Shown piece after piece: positions 1 through 13,336 of a stretch of 64,000 nucleotides of DNA. The position numbers and the translations under genes are program-made. The number at the start of each line of letters is the position of its first letter. Position 1 is the stretch's first letter. Source of the DNA: Mustelus asterias (taxonomy: Eukaryota); assembly GCF_964213995.1 (NCBI RefSeq), contig NC_135819.1, forward strand, positions 52,204,001 to 52,268,000, written 5' to 3'. The notes below the pieces were generated by a model. It was not told the DNA's origin. It ran no database searches and saw only the letters and a list, made by a program, of their open reading frames with translations.

Positions 1-1205
1 CAAGAAAAATTTAAGAATTTAATATGACAATATTTAATATTGTTTTATTTTAATCCATAAAATAGAATCCCCACAATGCAGAAGGAGGCCATTCGGCCCA
101 TCAACTTAGCATGGTCAATCATGCCAAATGTAAGAATGTGTAAACACCACACAGACAGTGACCCGAGGCCGGAATTGAATCTGGGTTCCTGGCGCTGTAA
201 GGCAGCAATGCTAACTACTGTGCCACTGTACCGTTCTCCCCATATCTGCATGGGTTTCCTCCGGGTGCTCCGGTTTCCTCCCACAGTCCAAAGATGTGCG
301 GGTTAGGTTGATTGGCCATGCGAATCTGACCCTAGTGTCAGGGGGGATTAGCAGGGTAAATATGTGGGGTTACGGGAATAAGGCCGGGGTGGGATTGTGG
401 TCGGTGCAGACTCAATGGGCCAAATGGCCTCCTTCTGCACTGTAGGGATTCTATGATATAAGAACATAGGAGCAGGAGTAGGCCATCTGGCCCCTCGAGC
501 CTGCTCCGCTATTCAATAAGATCATGGCTGATCTTTTTGTGGACTCAGCTCCACTTACCCACCCACTCACCATAGCCCTTAATTCCTTTACTGTTCAAAA
601 ATGTATCTATCCTTGCCTTAAAAACATTCAAAGAGGTAGCCTCAACTGCTTCAGGGCAGGGAATTCCACAGATTCACAACCCTTTGGGTGAAGAAGTTTC
701 TCCTCAACTCAGTCCTAAATCTGCTCCCCCTTATTTTGAGGCCATGCCCCCTAGTTCACATGCCAGTGGAAACAACTTCCTGCTTCTATCTTGTCTATTC
801 CCTTCATAATCTTATGTTTCTATCAGATCTCCCCTCATTCTTCTGAATTCCAATGAGTATAGCCCCAGACTACTCAATCTCTCCCCATAAGCCATGTTAA
901 TGTTTAACAACAATTTTCAAAAACTCTAATGTAGCAAACACTTTTCAATCACTTCTTTCTTTGTTTTTAAAGAAGTTCAGAAAACGCAATTGAATTCCCG
1001 ATGAGCAAACTAATTTCTGTCTAAACATAAAGTAATCAACATCCACTTATCCAATATGTTTACATATATAAAACAAAGGAGCATTTTTACATTTTCCTGA
1101 TGTTATCAATATAGAATATACATATAAAATTTATGGACCTATCATAGTTTAATTAATCTGTACTTGAATAATGGGGATGTTTTAGCATAGCTCCGTATCA
1201 TTTAC

Positions 1206-1336
1206 CTGCTGCAATTCTAGCTGCTTTGGCAAAATTACCATTTTCAATGCAAGCAATCAACTCATTTCTGTCTTCTGAGGGGTTTCTTCGAGCCAATGCT
1301 GGTTTTCCTTTGCCACATTTTGGAAGGCTTATTGTG
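1206..1336 (-). CDS. BRD1: BRD1 coding exon 9 (TISLPKCGKGKPALARRNPSEDRNELIACIENGNFAKAARIAA); gene continues beyond the left window edge
   Basis: CTGTCAG acceptor, GTAAA donor, 131 nt; phase consistent with the previous exon. Confidence 0.93.
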
Positions 1337-1739
1337 CTGACAGAGGGGAAAAAAAATCAGAAATATTTTCATTGCAAGTATGCTCAAACCTGGAATGATA
1401 ATGTAGCAATAAAAGGCACAATATTTTAAAGTGCCCATGTTTGGTGAAAGAAAATAGGCAAATGGATGTTATGTTTCCATTTCTCCAACAAGGTGGAGGA
1501 GAAATAATTTAATAATCACAACAGTAAGTAAATGGTAAAACCTTGAAAAGTCTATATTTAAATTTTACAAGCACATATTGACAATCTCAACATTAAATTA
1601 AATGTAATATAGGTTTCTGAAGTCATATTTGACTCTCACCAGAGACGTTGCCAGATCTGCTGAATATTTTCAGCACTTCATTTTTATTTCAGATTTACAG
1701 CATCCACGGTATTTTTATTTTATATTATTGTAATATAAG

Positions 1740-2100
1740 TTCAGTTAGTAGCACTCGTGCTGGAGTCAGATGGTAGTGGGTCCTACTCCAGGACTTCAGC
1801 ACAAAAATCAAGGCTGACACTCCTGTACAGTACTGAGGAAGAGCTGCATATCAGAGGCAACTGAGGCCCCATCTGCCCTATCAGGTGGAGGTAAAAGAGC
1901 CCATGATACACTGGGGAATTATACCCAGTGTCTTGACCAATACCTATTCTTCAATGAACATTACAGAAACAGATTACCTGGTCTTTATCATGTTAGTATT
2001 TGTGGAAGCTTGCTATGCACATTACAAAAAATGTTACACATCAAAAGTACTTAATTGACTGTAAAGTCCAGAGATTGAGAAGGGTGCTGTTGCAATGCAC
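1740..2100 (+). mobile_element. Old Deu-domain SINE (SacSINE1/AmnSINE-like); other copies at about 22270-22570 and 53125-53430
   Basis: AGGCTGACACTCC.GT.CAGTACTGAGG...GAGGCCCC.TCTGCCC..TCAGGTGGA.GTAAAAGA.CCCATG resembles the remembered Deu core. Confidence 0.6.
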
Positions 2101-2713
2101 TTTTTTTCTTTTCACTGTTCGAATGAAAAAATGCTACAACAATTTTAAAATAGACCAGATTTATTACACACGAATAAAAGTACTTGCCGCAATGTGGGCA
2201 AATTTTCTCTTCAAATTTGAATTTTTCCATTTAAAATACAACTTCCTTATATAAATCTGCACAAATTGGTTACTGTAGCTGAGTCATTTTATTCTCTTAT
2301 TCCATCAGCTCAGATGCCACAGTAAATCTCATCAAGTAACTACTGTTGAAATTTTTAAATCTAAAAACTCCTTTCTTTATTAGCATTTTATTTTCCACCT
2401 GGTTATCAAATAGCACCATGCTATACCAGCCTTCAGGCCTCCTTTCTACTATTGATGGCATTTTTGCTTAAGGCTGGCATTTTAGTCATACCATTCAGAT
2501 ATTAAAGTATAATAAATAATTAGCTTGGATTCTACGTCTTTGAAGGACTTCCTCACAAATTATATTAGCCCATTAGCAAACATGCTACAAGAACAAAAAT
2601 AAAACATTCAATTTCTTTAAAAAAATTATAAATTCAGCATTGAACAAATAATTTTGCCATTCCTCCCAAAATCAACATAAAATGCCTTTTGGTTTATGTA
2701 GTAATATAGTTAC

Positions 2714-2846
2714 CTTGCATGGTTGGAAACCACACTGGCACTGGTGCAGATACTTGACTCTGAAGCACAACGACGACGGTGATGATCAGTTGTATTGGTT
2801 TGTGTGGTTTCTGGCTTTTCTTCATTGCCAAATCCATTGGATAATG
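2714..2846 (-). CDS. BRD1: BRD1 coding exon 8 (ALSNGFGNEEKP...HRRRCASESSICTS...)
   Basis: TTCTCCAG acceptor, GTAAC donor, 133 nt; RRRCASESSI motif. Confidence 0.92.
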
Positions 2847-4698
2847 CTGGAGAAATAAAAATTGGTTAAGCATAAAATTAAAACACCTCAATACCTCAAG
2901 TCTTCATCAATTCCTGGACTGAAATTTCGTTTGATCAAAATTTTGTCAAATTAAACAATGAGATCCTGAACAGACAAAGATTTATTGCATTAGAACATTT
3001 TTATTGCTCCACATTGGATTGATTTTCTTTTGAGAAACCGTAAAGGATCATTTTGCCCAATAAATATTTCCCTTTTAACACAATTCTCAATCCCACCCAA
3101 CTACTCAACTTTCCTTCAATTTCAAAAACATTGACTAATTGTTTCTTCAAATCAATTCATGCTATTAATAATAAAGAAAGCCAGGTTATCAACTGAAATG
3201 GTTTTGAATAAATTAGGAAAACTGCCAACAGGCAGTTACTGACTAAACTAGAAAAGTGAGACTGAGGAAGGAGAATAAGTTTCTTTAGTCTTTGATAGGA
3301 TGTGGACGTCACTAGAAAGGCCAGCATTTGTTGTCCATCTCTAATTGCCCTTGAACTAAGTGGTTCGCTTCAGAGTCAGCCATGTAGACTGGGCCAAGTA
3401 AGGACAGCAGATTTCCTTCTCTGAAGCACAAACTTTTTATAAGTCATGGCACACCCCTATACTATAAAAAAATTGAGGCACAATTTTGAGACATTTTCTC
3501 TGCCTTAATTAGGACTTTGTTTTAACCGCTCCCTGTCTCTCTTTCTTCTCCCAGGGATTTTGTGCCCTTTAAGAGTTTTGGCTGTTTACAGGCGCATGGA
3601 ACCTCTGCTCCAAGTCCCGTTGATCATGCGCATGGGCCTGACCAACATAAAAAAATCTAAACAACGCATATCCAGCTCTTTCCCAGCCAGTACATGTGCA
3701 GGAGGTCTTGGAGATGTCAACCACAGAGCTGAAGACGAAGATTAGCTTTAGTTTAATTTCATTAATTTTGAATCTTTTTTCACAGCACACTTGGAGCGGG
3801 GGGGGGGGGGGGATCTTCATGGCACACTGGTGTGCCATGAAGATGGGAAACACTGCTCTAAAAGGCATTAGTGAACCAGACGGGTTTTTAACAACAATTG
3901 ACAATGGTTTCATGGTCATCATTAGATTTTTAACTGAACTCAAATTCAACCACTGGCCATGGTGGGATTGAAACCCAGGTCCCCAGAGCATTACCATAGG
4001 TATCTAGATTACTAGCCCCGAGACAATACCAGTCTTAGTTACCGCCTCCTCAGAACAATAGAATACATTTTAAACCTATAATATGGATCTGGTTGTACCA
4101 ATGTATACTCAGTAAAAGTATCACTACAATGCACAATCTCATTGCACAACCTAATTAAAACTAATTAGACCTTGTGGAACAGAAGCAAAAAAGAAAATAA
4201 GTTTAAGAAAGTGAGATTAAGTTGAATTTTAACATCAAGAACAAATTTAGCAGAGATTTTGGACCTCTCACTATGCTGGAACAGAGCGCAGCTGGAACTA
4301 GACTAGTTATTGGGTAGTAAATGTAGGAGCCCCATGCCTGTACAATCAAGGTCTGCAATATGTCCCAACAGTCTAGCACGGAGTGTCTGCCAAATAGATT
4401 TTACAAATTGTGAATTTCTAAACTAGCTCCAGTGTTTTGACATTGTTCTTCAAAATTACTCTTTATAACCACTACCTTTGGGATCAACTTAGGATATCTA
4501 TTCCACTTTGGAAGTCTATTTTATAAACCTGATATTAGACTTGATAGACCAAGAGTATGAAGGAAGATGGCAGATGTAAACAGTATTAATTGATCTCAAA
4601 GGGTTTTTGGAAAGCAGAATTGACAGAATTAAAAAGAAATGATGAAAATATTTGGAGTAAGTCAGGCACCAACCGTGGAGGGAGAAAACAGACTTAAC

Positions 4699-4820
4699 GG
4701 GCAGAACTGTCCCTTCGCCATGGGAATCATAGCGGATGGGGACACAAACCATGCAAAGGTCCATTGACCTCAGGTGGGATTTTCCAGTTTTGGGGCGAGC
4801 GTGGCCAGAAAATCCCACCC
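4699..4820. mobile_element. Short (~120 bp) MITE, TSD AAC; family copies at about 49128-49250 and 57393-57503 (TSD GAT)
   Basis: GGG...CCC termini with imperfect TIRs, shared internal ACCATGCA...GACCTC.GGTGGGATTTTCC, 3-bp flanking duplications. Confidence 0.65.
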
Positions 4821-5250
4821 AACATTTGAAGTTAACAACAAACAAAGTGTCAATAACCTTAAATTTTACTCTGTATTTCCACAGATGTTGTCTGACCTAC
4901 TGAGCATTGAGCATTTTCTGTTTTTGCTCTAGATTTCCAGTATCTGCAGTTTTTTTATTCATTTAGGAATTGAAATACACAATTAGAATGACAGCAGGTG
5001 GTAATCCTCATTGGGCCCAAGGATCTTTGCATGTTCTTGAGAAAAAAAAAATAAACTGGCGGTCCTTAGGGACTTCAGAGATATCTTTGAAGGTCAAAAG
5101 ACTACTTTTTAAAAAAACAACACTTTCAGGCAATAGTTGCATGTATATATTGTACTGGCATACAAAGGATTGTCCTAGATTAATATATTTAAAAGAGCAA
5201 TATTTAAAAGATTCAAATTGCAACAATTCTTAAGATTTCCAGATATTTAC

Positions 5251-5751
5251 CTAGGTCAGGTTTTTTGAGAGGCAACTTTTCACCATCTCCCTCAGAGTCA
5301 CCACACAAGCTACGTGACCTCTTCCTTGGCTGCAACAGTGTCTCTAGTCTGGGAATTACCACGGATAAGAAGGTTTTTGTTCCAAGCTGCCCCTGAAGTG
5401 GTTGAGTGTCTGCATTTTTTGTTTGTTTTTGAGAGTTCACACTTTGGGGTTTTCGGAAAAGACCAGAGGAATGCCGACCAATATCAACTGACGAATCAGC
5501 TACAGTCGTTTTTGAATTACTGACATCACCATTACTCAGGTCATCTGTAGTATGTCCATTCATTGTAACATTGTGCACGGAAGCACTACTCACTTCACTG
5601 TCAAATTTAACTCTTTTGTGTAGTCTACCCTGGTCAGTGCTAGGTTCTATTGGTTTGAGGGTAGGTGGTTCGGATGGAGTTTCTGAAGATGGCTGAAGAG
5701 GCAAAGAATCAGATGGCTCAAGAGTAGGCGGCACTGAAGACTTTGAATCAC
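5251..5751 (-). CDS. BRD1: BRD1 coding exon 7, long form (...PPTLEPSDSLP...QLGTKTFLSVVIPRLETLLQPRKRSRS...)
   Basis: GTTTCAG acceptor, GTAAA donor, 501 nt, phase 1-1; resembles the BRD1 long-isoform segment. Confidence 0.92.
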
Positions 5752-6245
5752 CTGAAACAGTACATACAATATTTACAAAAATCTTTAAAATAACAGTACA
5801 AGTAGCTTAACAGTATTATCACTTTTCTACTATACAAGGTCTGCCTGCATCAGGTTTTAGTTAAATAGTGTTTGCATATGTAAAACCATACCATCACAAA
5901 GTAGTTACATAAAAGGGCATCTCAAGAGAAACTAGCACAATGCAATTTTATTTTGTATGAATCAGTAGTTAATTCACTTCCCAGATTTGAAATGCCTAGA
6001 CACAACCAAAGTTAAACTGCAGAATAGAATGTGTTAACTGGGCACAATTATTCTCCATAATTCCTGGGTGCTGACTTCAACTTTGGAGTGATTGATTTCT
6101 GTGGAGCTTTTGCTCAAAGTAAACAACAGCTTCTCCAATGGTTAATCAGCAATCTTCCTCATCCCATGCAGTAGATGGCTTTAGCAAAGGATTAAAGGCA
6201 ACTGCATCAAATGTATTCAAAAATGATATTCATTGCATTCCTTAC

Positions 6246-6491
6246 CATCATGTTCTGTTTTTGTCCCATTTTCAACGACACTGCTTTCAGTCTGTAGCTG
6301 TTCACTCTGAGCCTTCTGGTGGCTTAACCTTAAGCGGATATTATTAATTTCTTTCCGCAATAACTTGGCACGTCTAGATCTGGCACCACAGGATTTCATC
6401 GCACATGTCATGTCCAGTTTGTCAAGCAACTCCTTGAGCTGCACTTCCAATGACATGTGCTCTCTATTTGCAGGTACTAATATTCTATCCA
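6246..6491 (-). CDS. BRD1: BRD1 coding exon 6 (VDRILVPANREHMSLEVQLKELLDKLDMTCAMKSCGARSRRAKLLRKEI...)
   Basis: TTGTAG acceptor, GTAAG donor, 246 nt, phase 1-1. Confidence 0.93.
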
Positions 6492-6676
6492 CTACAAGGA
6501 AACAAATGATCAATTAACAGACAATTTTAAATCAAGGGTTAACATTAAAATAATCACTAAGTGACAGATATGAGGTAGAGTTTCTGCTAGTTTTTGTACC
6601 CAGATTCCAGTGCAATTGGTGGAACTAACAGAAGACTGGGAATCTGAAACATTGTGAGCTGTGCTCAAATGCTTTA

Positions 6677-7629
6677 AGTGATAGCTGGTGCGGTATTATA
6701 GTGGCATGGTAGCACAGTGGATTCTGTTGATTTTGAAAGGCTCTTTAAATTGTACTCCTTTCTTCCCCTAACACACAGACAACAGTAGGTACATACTGAA
6801 GTCTTTCGCATCTCAAAAATGTGAAAGGGCTGGGTGGGTGGGATGTTTAGAGGATCAGTTTTCTACAATTGTTTAAACAGATTTAAAATCCAGTTTGCCC
6901 GAATTACATCCCAGTCACAAAATAGTCCATCACTGCCCCCCAAATTGTCACAATTAAAATTCTGTTGATTTTGAAAGACTCTTTAAATTGTACTCCTTTT
7001 TTCCCCCCCAACACACAGGCAACAGTAGGCACATACTGAAGTCTTTCGCATCTCAAAAAATGTTTAATTTATCTCTAAAGCGTACACCAATTAAACCATC
7101 AAATAGTACAGTATAGCTACTTTAGATCATTTGCAGTGTATTTAAGATGGAGGATTGGACTTCATTAATAACACCTACTTCTGGTCATTTTCTTTGTCAT
7201 TATTCTCCATTTCCTTCATTAATCTTTCCCAGCTATAAAGGTTATTTATTAGTCACAAGTAAGGCTTACATTAACACTGCAATGAAGTTACAGTGAAATT
7301 CCCCATGTCACCAAGCTCCAGCGCCTGTTCAGGTCAATGCACCTAACCAGCACGTCATTCAGAATGTGGGAGGAAACCGGAACATCCGGAGGAAACCCAC
7401 GCAGAAATGGGGAGAACGTGCAAACTCCACATAGTGATCCAAGCCGGGAATCGAACCCAGGACCCTGGTGCTGTGAAGCTTTCGCATTTCTGAGATGCGA
7501 AAGACTTCAGTATGTGCCTACTGTTATCTGTGTGTTAGGGGAAGAAAGGAGGACAATTTAAAGAGCCTTTCAAGATCAACAGAATCCACTGTGCTACCAT
7601 GCCACTATAATACCGCACCAAGTATCACT
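6677..7629. repeat. Local triplicated segment: direct copies at 6721-6828 and 6960-7062; inverted pair 6677-6828 / 7478-7629
   Basis: TTCTGTTGATTTTGAAAG.CTCTTTAAATTGTACTCC...GAAGTCTTTCGCATCTCA is present twice on + and once reverse-complemented. Confidence 0.85.
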
Positions 7630-10509
7630 CTTAAAAGGATATCTCTCTCAGAGTTCATTTTAATGGTAAAAAGAAACAATTACATTGTACTGCACTGATC
7701 AATGGAAAATTATACATTTGCGATTATGCAAATATTTGGAAATTTGAATTGTAATCTAAACAACACAATTTCACATTCATATTGAAAATAATTCCCAATT
7801 GCAATCAAAGCAGCAACTCTACCTCATGAAGTAAACTGAAGGCTGGCATCAATACATCAATATTAACATCCTAATCTTTTTCATAACTGTAACAAATTGT
7901 AGTTACGCAGCAGTTTAACCTAAAATTTTGTAATTCCTGTGATAGAATTGGAATTCTTATTCAACATACTTTCATTTGTGAAAACATAATAGAAAATGCA
8001 CATTTTTATTTACTGAACATATTGGTATTTGGTAATTTTTAAAGTAAAACTATCAGCAAAATGGAAGCCCTCAATATAGAGATGATTTTACTAGTTGAAC
8101 AGTTACTATGAATATTTATGTTTAGAATTTTAAAAAAGGGCAGGAGGGCAAACTAACATATCCTACCTTGAAGCTGCTTAGCCAGAACCTTGTTGTATCC
8201 TCGATTTATTAAAATAATTCATTTCAATGGAATGAAACAGTGCAAAAAGTAGTAATTCAGCCCATCACTTCTGTACTCTTTGTTAGGTAATCCAACTAAT
8301 CTCATTCCCCTGCTCTTCCCCACAGCCTTGTAATTTTTTTCCCTTTGAGTTTTTAGTTAATTCCTTTCTGAAAGTTACATTTGTTTTCACCGTTTGAGGG
8401 CGTGCATTCCAAATCACAACTTGCATTAAAATAAATTCCTCCTGTTGCCTTTGTTTCTTTTGCTAATTGCCTTTAATCTACTGGCTGTCAAACCTTCTGC
8501 TACTGGAACTAGCTTCTCTATTTATTTCATAAAAAACATTTATGATCCCCAGTGTTATTCCAAACAAACCACTCTCTTGTCAACATACCCAGATGCAAGA
8601 TAAGATACTAATAAAATTAAAATCTCCTTCCCATTGAAAATAAAAGTCTAACGTCTGAAATTTTTGTGGAGTTTTTCCAATCGTGTGCTGTAACTTCACC
8701 CAGAAATACGTATGAACAACAACAGAATTTCTCCAAGGTTTCTGCTGTACATATGACAGATAATAAGTTGAGAGAAATTTAAAGTGAACTGCACTTCGGA
8801 ACAAACGGCAAAATCCTTTAGCTAGACCTGTTTCTAAATTATTTAGTCTTGAAATACAAATCAACTACTGATGTTACCTAAAAAAAAAGATTATGAATGA
8901 AAAGTAATTATTGTCCACGCTAAGGTGACAAATGTAAGCTTAGGGCAAAAAGGAGGTTCCTTTCCATTTGCAGTAGCTTCAGACCTCTCAGTCCTAGGTC
9001 ACTTATGACACATTCTCCACACTTCTGAAAGCCTTTCACCTTTAATTATTACACACTGTTTCACAATTAAATGTTAGTACTTGTTGCGGTTATCGCTGTG
9101 ATTTCTGTGCCTAGTTAGTTCTGTGCTGTGATTTTACATCACTAGTAGGTAATTGAGCCCTCTCATAAGACAGCATAAGTAACTGGAGCAGAAGTAGGCC
9201 AGACGGCCCATCAAGCTTGATCTACCAGTCAATTAGATCATGGCGGATCTGATTGCGGTCTTAACTCCACTTTTCTGTCTGTTCACCTTGTTGATTAAAA
9301 ATCTGTCTAACTCAGCCTTTAATATATTTAATGACCTAGCCTCCACTTCTCTCTGTGAAAGTGAATTCTAAAAGTTAAAGACACCGAGATATTCCTCCTC
9401 ATCTCCATTTTAACTGGGACAGACCCTCTACTTTGAAACTGTGCCCCAGAAGAGGGGAGTTCCTCTCAGCACTGACCTTTAGAATCTTGTACGTTTCAAT
9501 AAGATCAACTCTCATCTTTTAAATTCTAATGACTTTGGGCCCAACTACTCAACATTTCCTCATATGACAACTCCTTCATCCCAGGAATTGGCCTCAATGC
9601 AAGTATACCCCTCCTTAAGCAAGGAGGATAAAACTATACAGCACTCCAAGTGTAGTCTCACCAATGTCCTGTAGAGTTGCAGCAGTGCTTGCCTACTTTT
9701 TAACCTCATTCCCCTTGCAATAAAGCTACTATATCATCCTAACAGTCTCTTCCACTTAGAAACCTTAATTTACTGAAATATTTCATTCAATTTCAGCCAG
9801 ATTTTAAAGAGGCTCCAGGATTGAAAGGGCATTGGTTGAACTCAATTTACAGCCTAAGCCTGCCATTGCAACGCATAACATTTACAGTTGTGATGTTCAA
9901 TCCAATCTAGATATTGACAACTGGTGTTCCAGGTCCAAAGAAGAAACACAGATCTACTTCCGAATTACAATCTTTTCAAAAATTGACTTATTCTGGCTCT
10001 GGAATATCTGACACTACTTTCCTGGTCATGCCAATCCTGGCTTAAATTCACGTGTCAAAATGACATCAAAAAGCCACAACGTTTTAAACATTTGGTGCCT
10101 TTGTCTGCCTGTTGTGAGACGTGCGAGCACTCTGACCCAATTTATGCCCAAAGCATGTTATGGAGATAGGGTTAAATTGGGGCATGTGTCTAAATTGGGT
10201 TCTTCTCTTGGTTAAGAAACCCTCTGTCAAACTGAACTTTGGGAGTGTTGCTGCATTCATTCTCAAACACACCCACTAATCCTTCAAGGCAGCTTTCTGC
10301 CCAGAGACTTGTGCAGAAAGTTGTTGAAATGAAGTGCTGCTCTGTCTACCACTGGACTGAAATATGAGAAGAGCAACATGTCACACTCCAGCTGCTGGGA
10401 GAATATCTGCCACCACTGTAACTTTGCAAGAATGACGGTGAACCTTTAAAAGGCATCGCTTACTGCTCGATTCTCTGCCCACTCACCATCCCTGCAGTGA
10501 GCTGCCATA

Positions 10510-11595
10510 AAACATTACAGCGCAGTACAGGCCCTTCAGCCCTCGATGTTGCGTCGACCAGTAAAACCAATCTAAAGCCCATCTAACCTACACTATTCCA
10601 ATATCATCCATATGTTTATCCAAAGACCATTTAAAAGCCCTTAATGTTGGCGAGTCCACTACTGCTGCAGGCAGGGCATTCCACGCCCTTACTACTCTCC
10701 GAGTGAAGATCCTACCTCTGACATCTGTCCTATATCTATCACCCCTCAATTTAAAGCAATGTCCCCTTGTGCTAGCTATCACCATCCGAGGAAAAAGGCT
10801 CTCACTATCCACCCTATCCAATCCTCTGATCATCTTGTATGCCTCTATTAAGTCACCTCTTAACCTTCTTCTCTCTGACGAAAACAGCCTCAAGTCCCTC
10901 AGCCTTTCCTCATACGACCTTCCCACCATACCAGGCAACATCCTGGTAAATCTCCTTTGCACCCTTTCCAATGCTTCCACATCCTCCCTATAATGCGGCG
11001 ACCAGAACTGTACGCAATACTCCAAGTGCGGCCGCACCAGAGTTTTGTACAGCTGCAACATGACCTCCTGTCTCCGAAACTCAATCCCTCTACCAATAAA
11101 AGCTAACACTCCGTACGCCTTCTTAACAACCCTAACAACCTGGGTGCCAACTTTCAGGGCTCTATGCACATGGACGCCGAGATCTCTGTTCATCCACACC
11201 ACCAAGTATCTTACCATTAGCCCAGTACTCTGCAATCCTGTTACTCCTTCCAAAGTGAATCACCTCACACTTTTGCGCATTGAACTCCATTTGCCACCTC
11301 TCAGCCCAGCTCTGCAGCTTATCTATGTCCCTCTGTAACCTGCAACATCCTTCCGCACTGTCCACAACTCCACTGACTTTAGTGTCATCCGCAAATTTAC
11401 TAACCCATCCTTCTACGCCCTCATCCAGGTCACTTATAAAAATGACAAACAGCAGTGGCCTGAAAACAGATCCTTGCTGAACTTCAGGATGAACATTTCC
11501 CATCAACCACCACCCTCTGTCTTCTTACAGCTAGCCAATTCCTGATGCAAACCGTTAAATCACCCTCAATCCCATGCCTCCGTATCTTCTGCAAT
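10510..11595 (-). mobile_element. CR1-type LINE 3' fragment (RT C-terminus plus 3' UTR), frameshifted
   Basis: QGSVFRPLLFVIFISDLDEG...KFADDTK; LYKTLVRPHLEYCVQFWSP...LERVQRRFTRMLPG...RRLRGDLIE. Confidence 0.92.
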
Positions 11596-11878
11596 AAGAT
11601 AAACAGTTCTCTGTAGCATTAGCCCTTCAATCATAATTAAAATGAACCATGGCAACTAATTTGGTCCAGGCCTTTCACAGACATCATTGAGCATGTTTTT
11701 CAGCTGCTTCATCTGCTTTTAGCAAAAGTTGAATTTCGCAGCCATCAGGAGCTATTCGCCAGAGGAGAAATAAAATGCAAGCAAAAAAAATGCTGTTTTC
11801 TTGATCATATGAAATAGTAGAAAAAGCATTATAGCACTGGATCAATGTATTCCTAGAAGTAGAAATAAAAATAAATAC

Positions 11879-12191
11879 CTTCATCCCATGTCAAAGGCTT
11901 AGTTGTTTCACACTTTGGTGGTTCAGGCAAATGCATTGAACTTTCATAGTCAAAACCAATTCGGTCAGCTTCACGACGCGCCTGTCTTAATATGACACCT
12001 CCCTGATCTCTCAGTCGCACAGCTGCTCGGTAAAATATAGTATCCTTTGCATTGTATTTCATACAATTATCTACAATGAGGTTAACATCAGCTTCAAACT
12101 CATCTAGATTATTATAACCATGATCTTCTATCCTTTTTCTCATTGTGGAGAAATCCATTGGGTGCGTTATATGATCTAAATAGTCCGGAAC
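11879..12191 (-). CDS. BRD1: BRD1 coding exon 5, bromodomain ([20 protein letters not shown]...[24 protein letters not shown])
   Basis: TTTCAG acceptor, GTATT donor, 313 nt; bromodomain PMDF and CMKYN motifs. Confidence 0.96.
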
Positions 12192-12727
12192 CTGAAAGTT
12201 GAAAATAGATTTTACTTAATGATGGGCTTTCAAGTGCATTATAAACAAATGTTTGCTGACTGCAAAAGATGCCAAAATATTTTGAAGAAATATACATTTC
12301 TAGCAATCTAAAAACTAGTTTAATGAACATAAATTTTAGAAGATGCAAGTGGCATAAAACTCAATTTGTAGGTATTCTAGAACGGTAAAACCTGCAGGAC
12401 CTTTATATGGTCAACTTTCCCCAAGCCCATCTGACTGCAGATGAGCACTCAATCCTGTTAAGAACAAATTTGTTATTAACAATTGCAAATGCTGTGGGAA
12501 ATACACATTGTCCTCACATCATCAATATGCAAAATGTTGAATCAAGATTTTGTTGATTTTTGTTTGGGACAGGGAATGCAGTTAGGCGAGGTGGATGGTG
12601 AGGATTGGGGGAGTAATCAGATTCTAAAGTAGCTGTATTAACAATGTACGTCAGTAGCCTCTATGCCCCACAAAAACAATCAGCCTACAAATGGAGGCAC
12701 AGACATATAGACAAGGATGGCAATTAA

Positions 12728-13336
12728 GGGCATGGTCTTATGATCTCATCCCACCCGCCGTTTGGCAAGGTGAGGTAACACACCTGGTTTCTCACATTGC
12801 CCAATCATACCTGTTTTGTTGGTGAAATCAGCTTCACACTGAAGCCAATTTCAATGACATGGTTTAGATGTCGTTAATCAGTCCCAGGTGCTATTAGCTT
12901 GCTCGCTGGTCAAACTTCTGGTCGGCAAGAATCATAGCTGGTTTCCATCAGTGAAGACCAGATGCGATCGCCTCGCCGGGGGGAAATCTGATGCCTGGGT
13001 GGTTGGGGGTAGGGCTGGGTCTGGCAGGGAGAACTCTGCAGACGGGGGTGATCGGCAGGAGGGTTTCGATGCCCAAGGGGTGGGTGGGGCGGCTGCAGAT
13101 CTCCCAGTCCACTGAAGAATTGGGATTCCTGTGTAATGGCGCCCCAAGAACTCAACAGCCGGCTTCACTACTGACCTGAGGCTTAGCCCTCTGCTGCTGA
13201 CAAGAATCATATCCTGGCACATTTTTGCATTTAGTGCAGTAAGATCATGACTCGCAGCCCGCCGAAAAAACCGGCGTGATTTTCTCTAATTTTCTCACTC
13301 GTTCGGCATTTAGAATTTTTTCACAAGATTGTGCCC
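12728..13336. mobile_element. TIR MITE-like element with 3-bp TSD (TAA), PIF/Harbinger-like
   Basis: TAA-GGGCATGGTCTTATGA ... TCACAAGATTGTGCCC-TAA. Confidence 0.7.

Noticed and set aside
10588-11506. RT ORFs as an active LINE or host gene
   Set aside because: 5'-truncated and frameshifted CR1 fragment.
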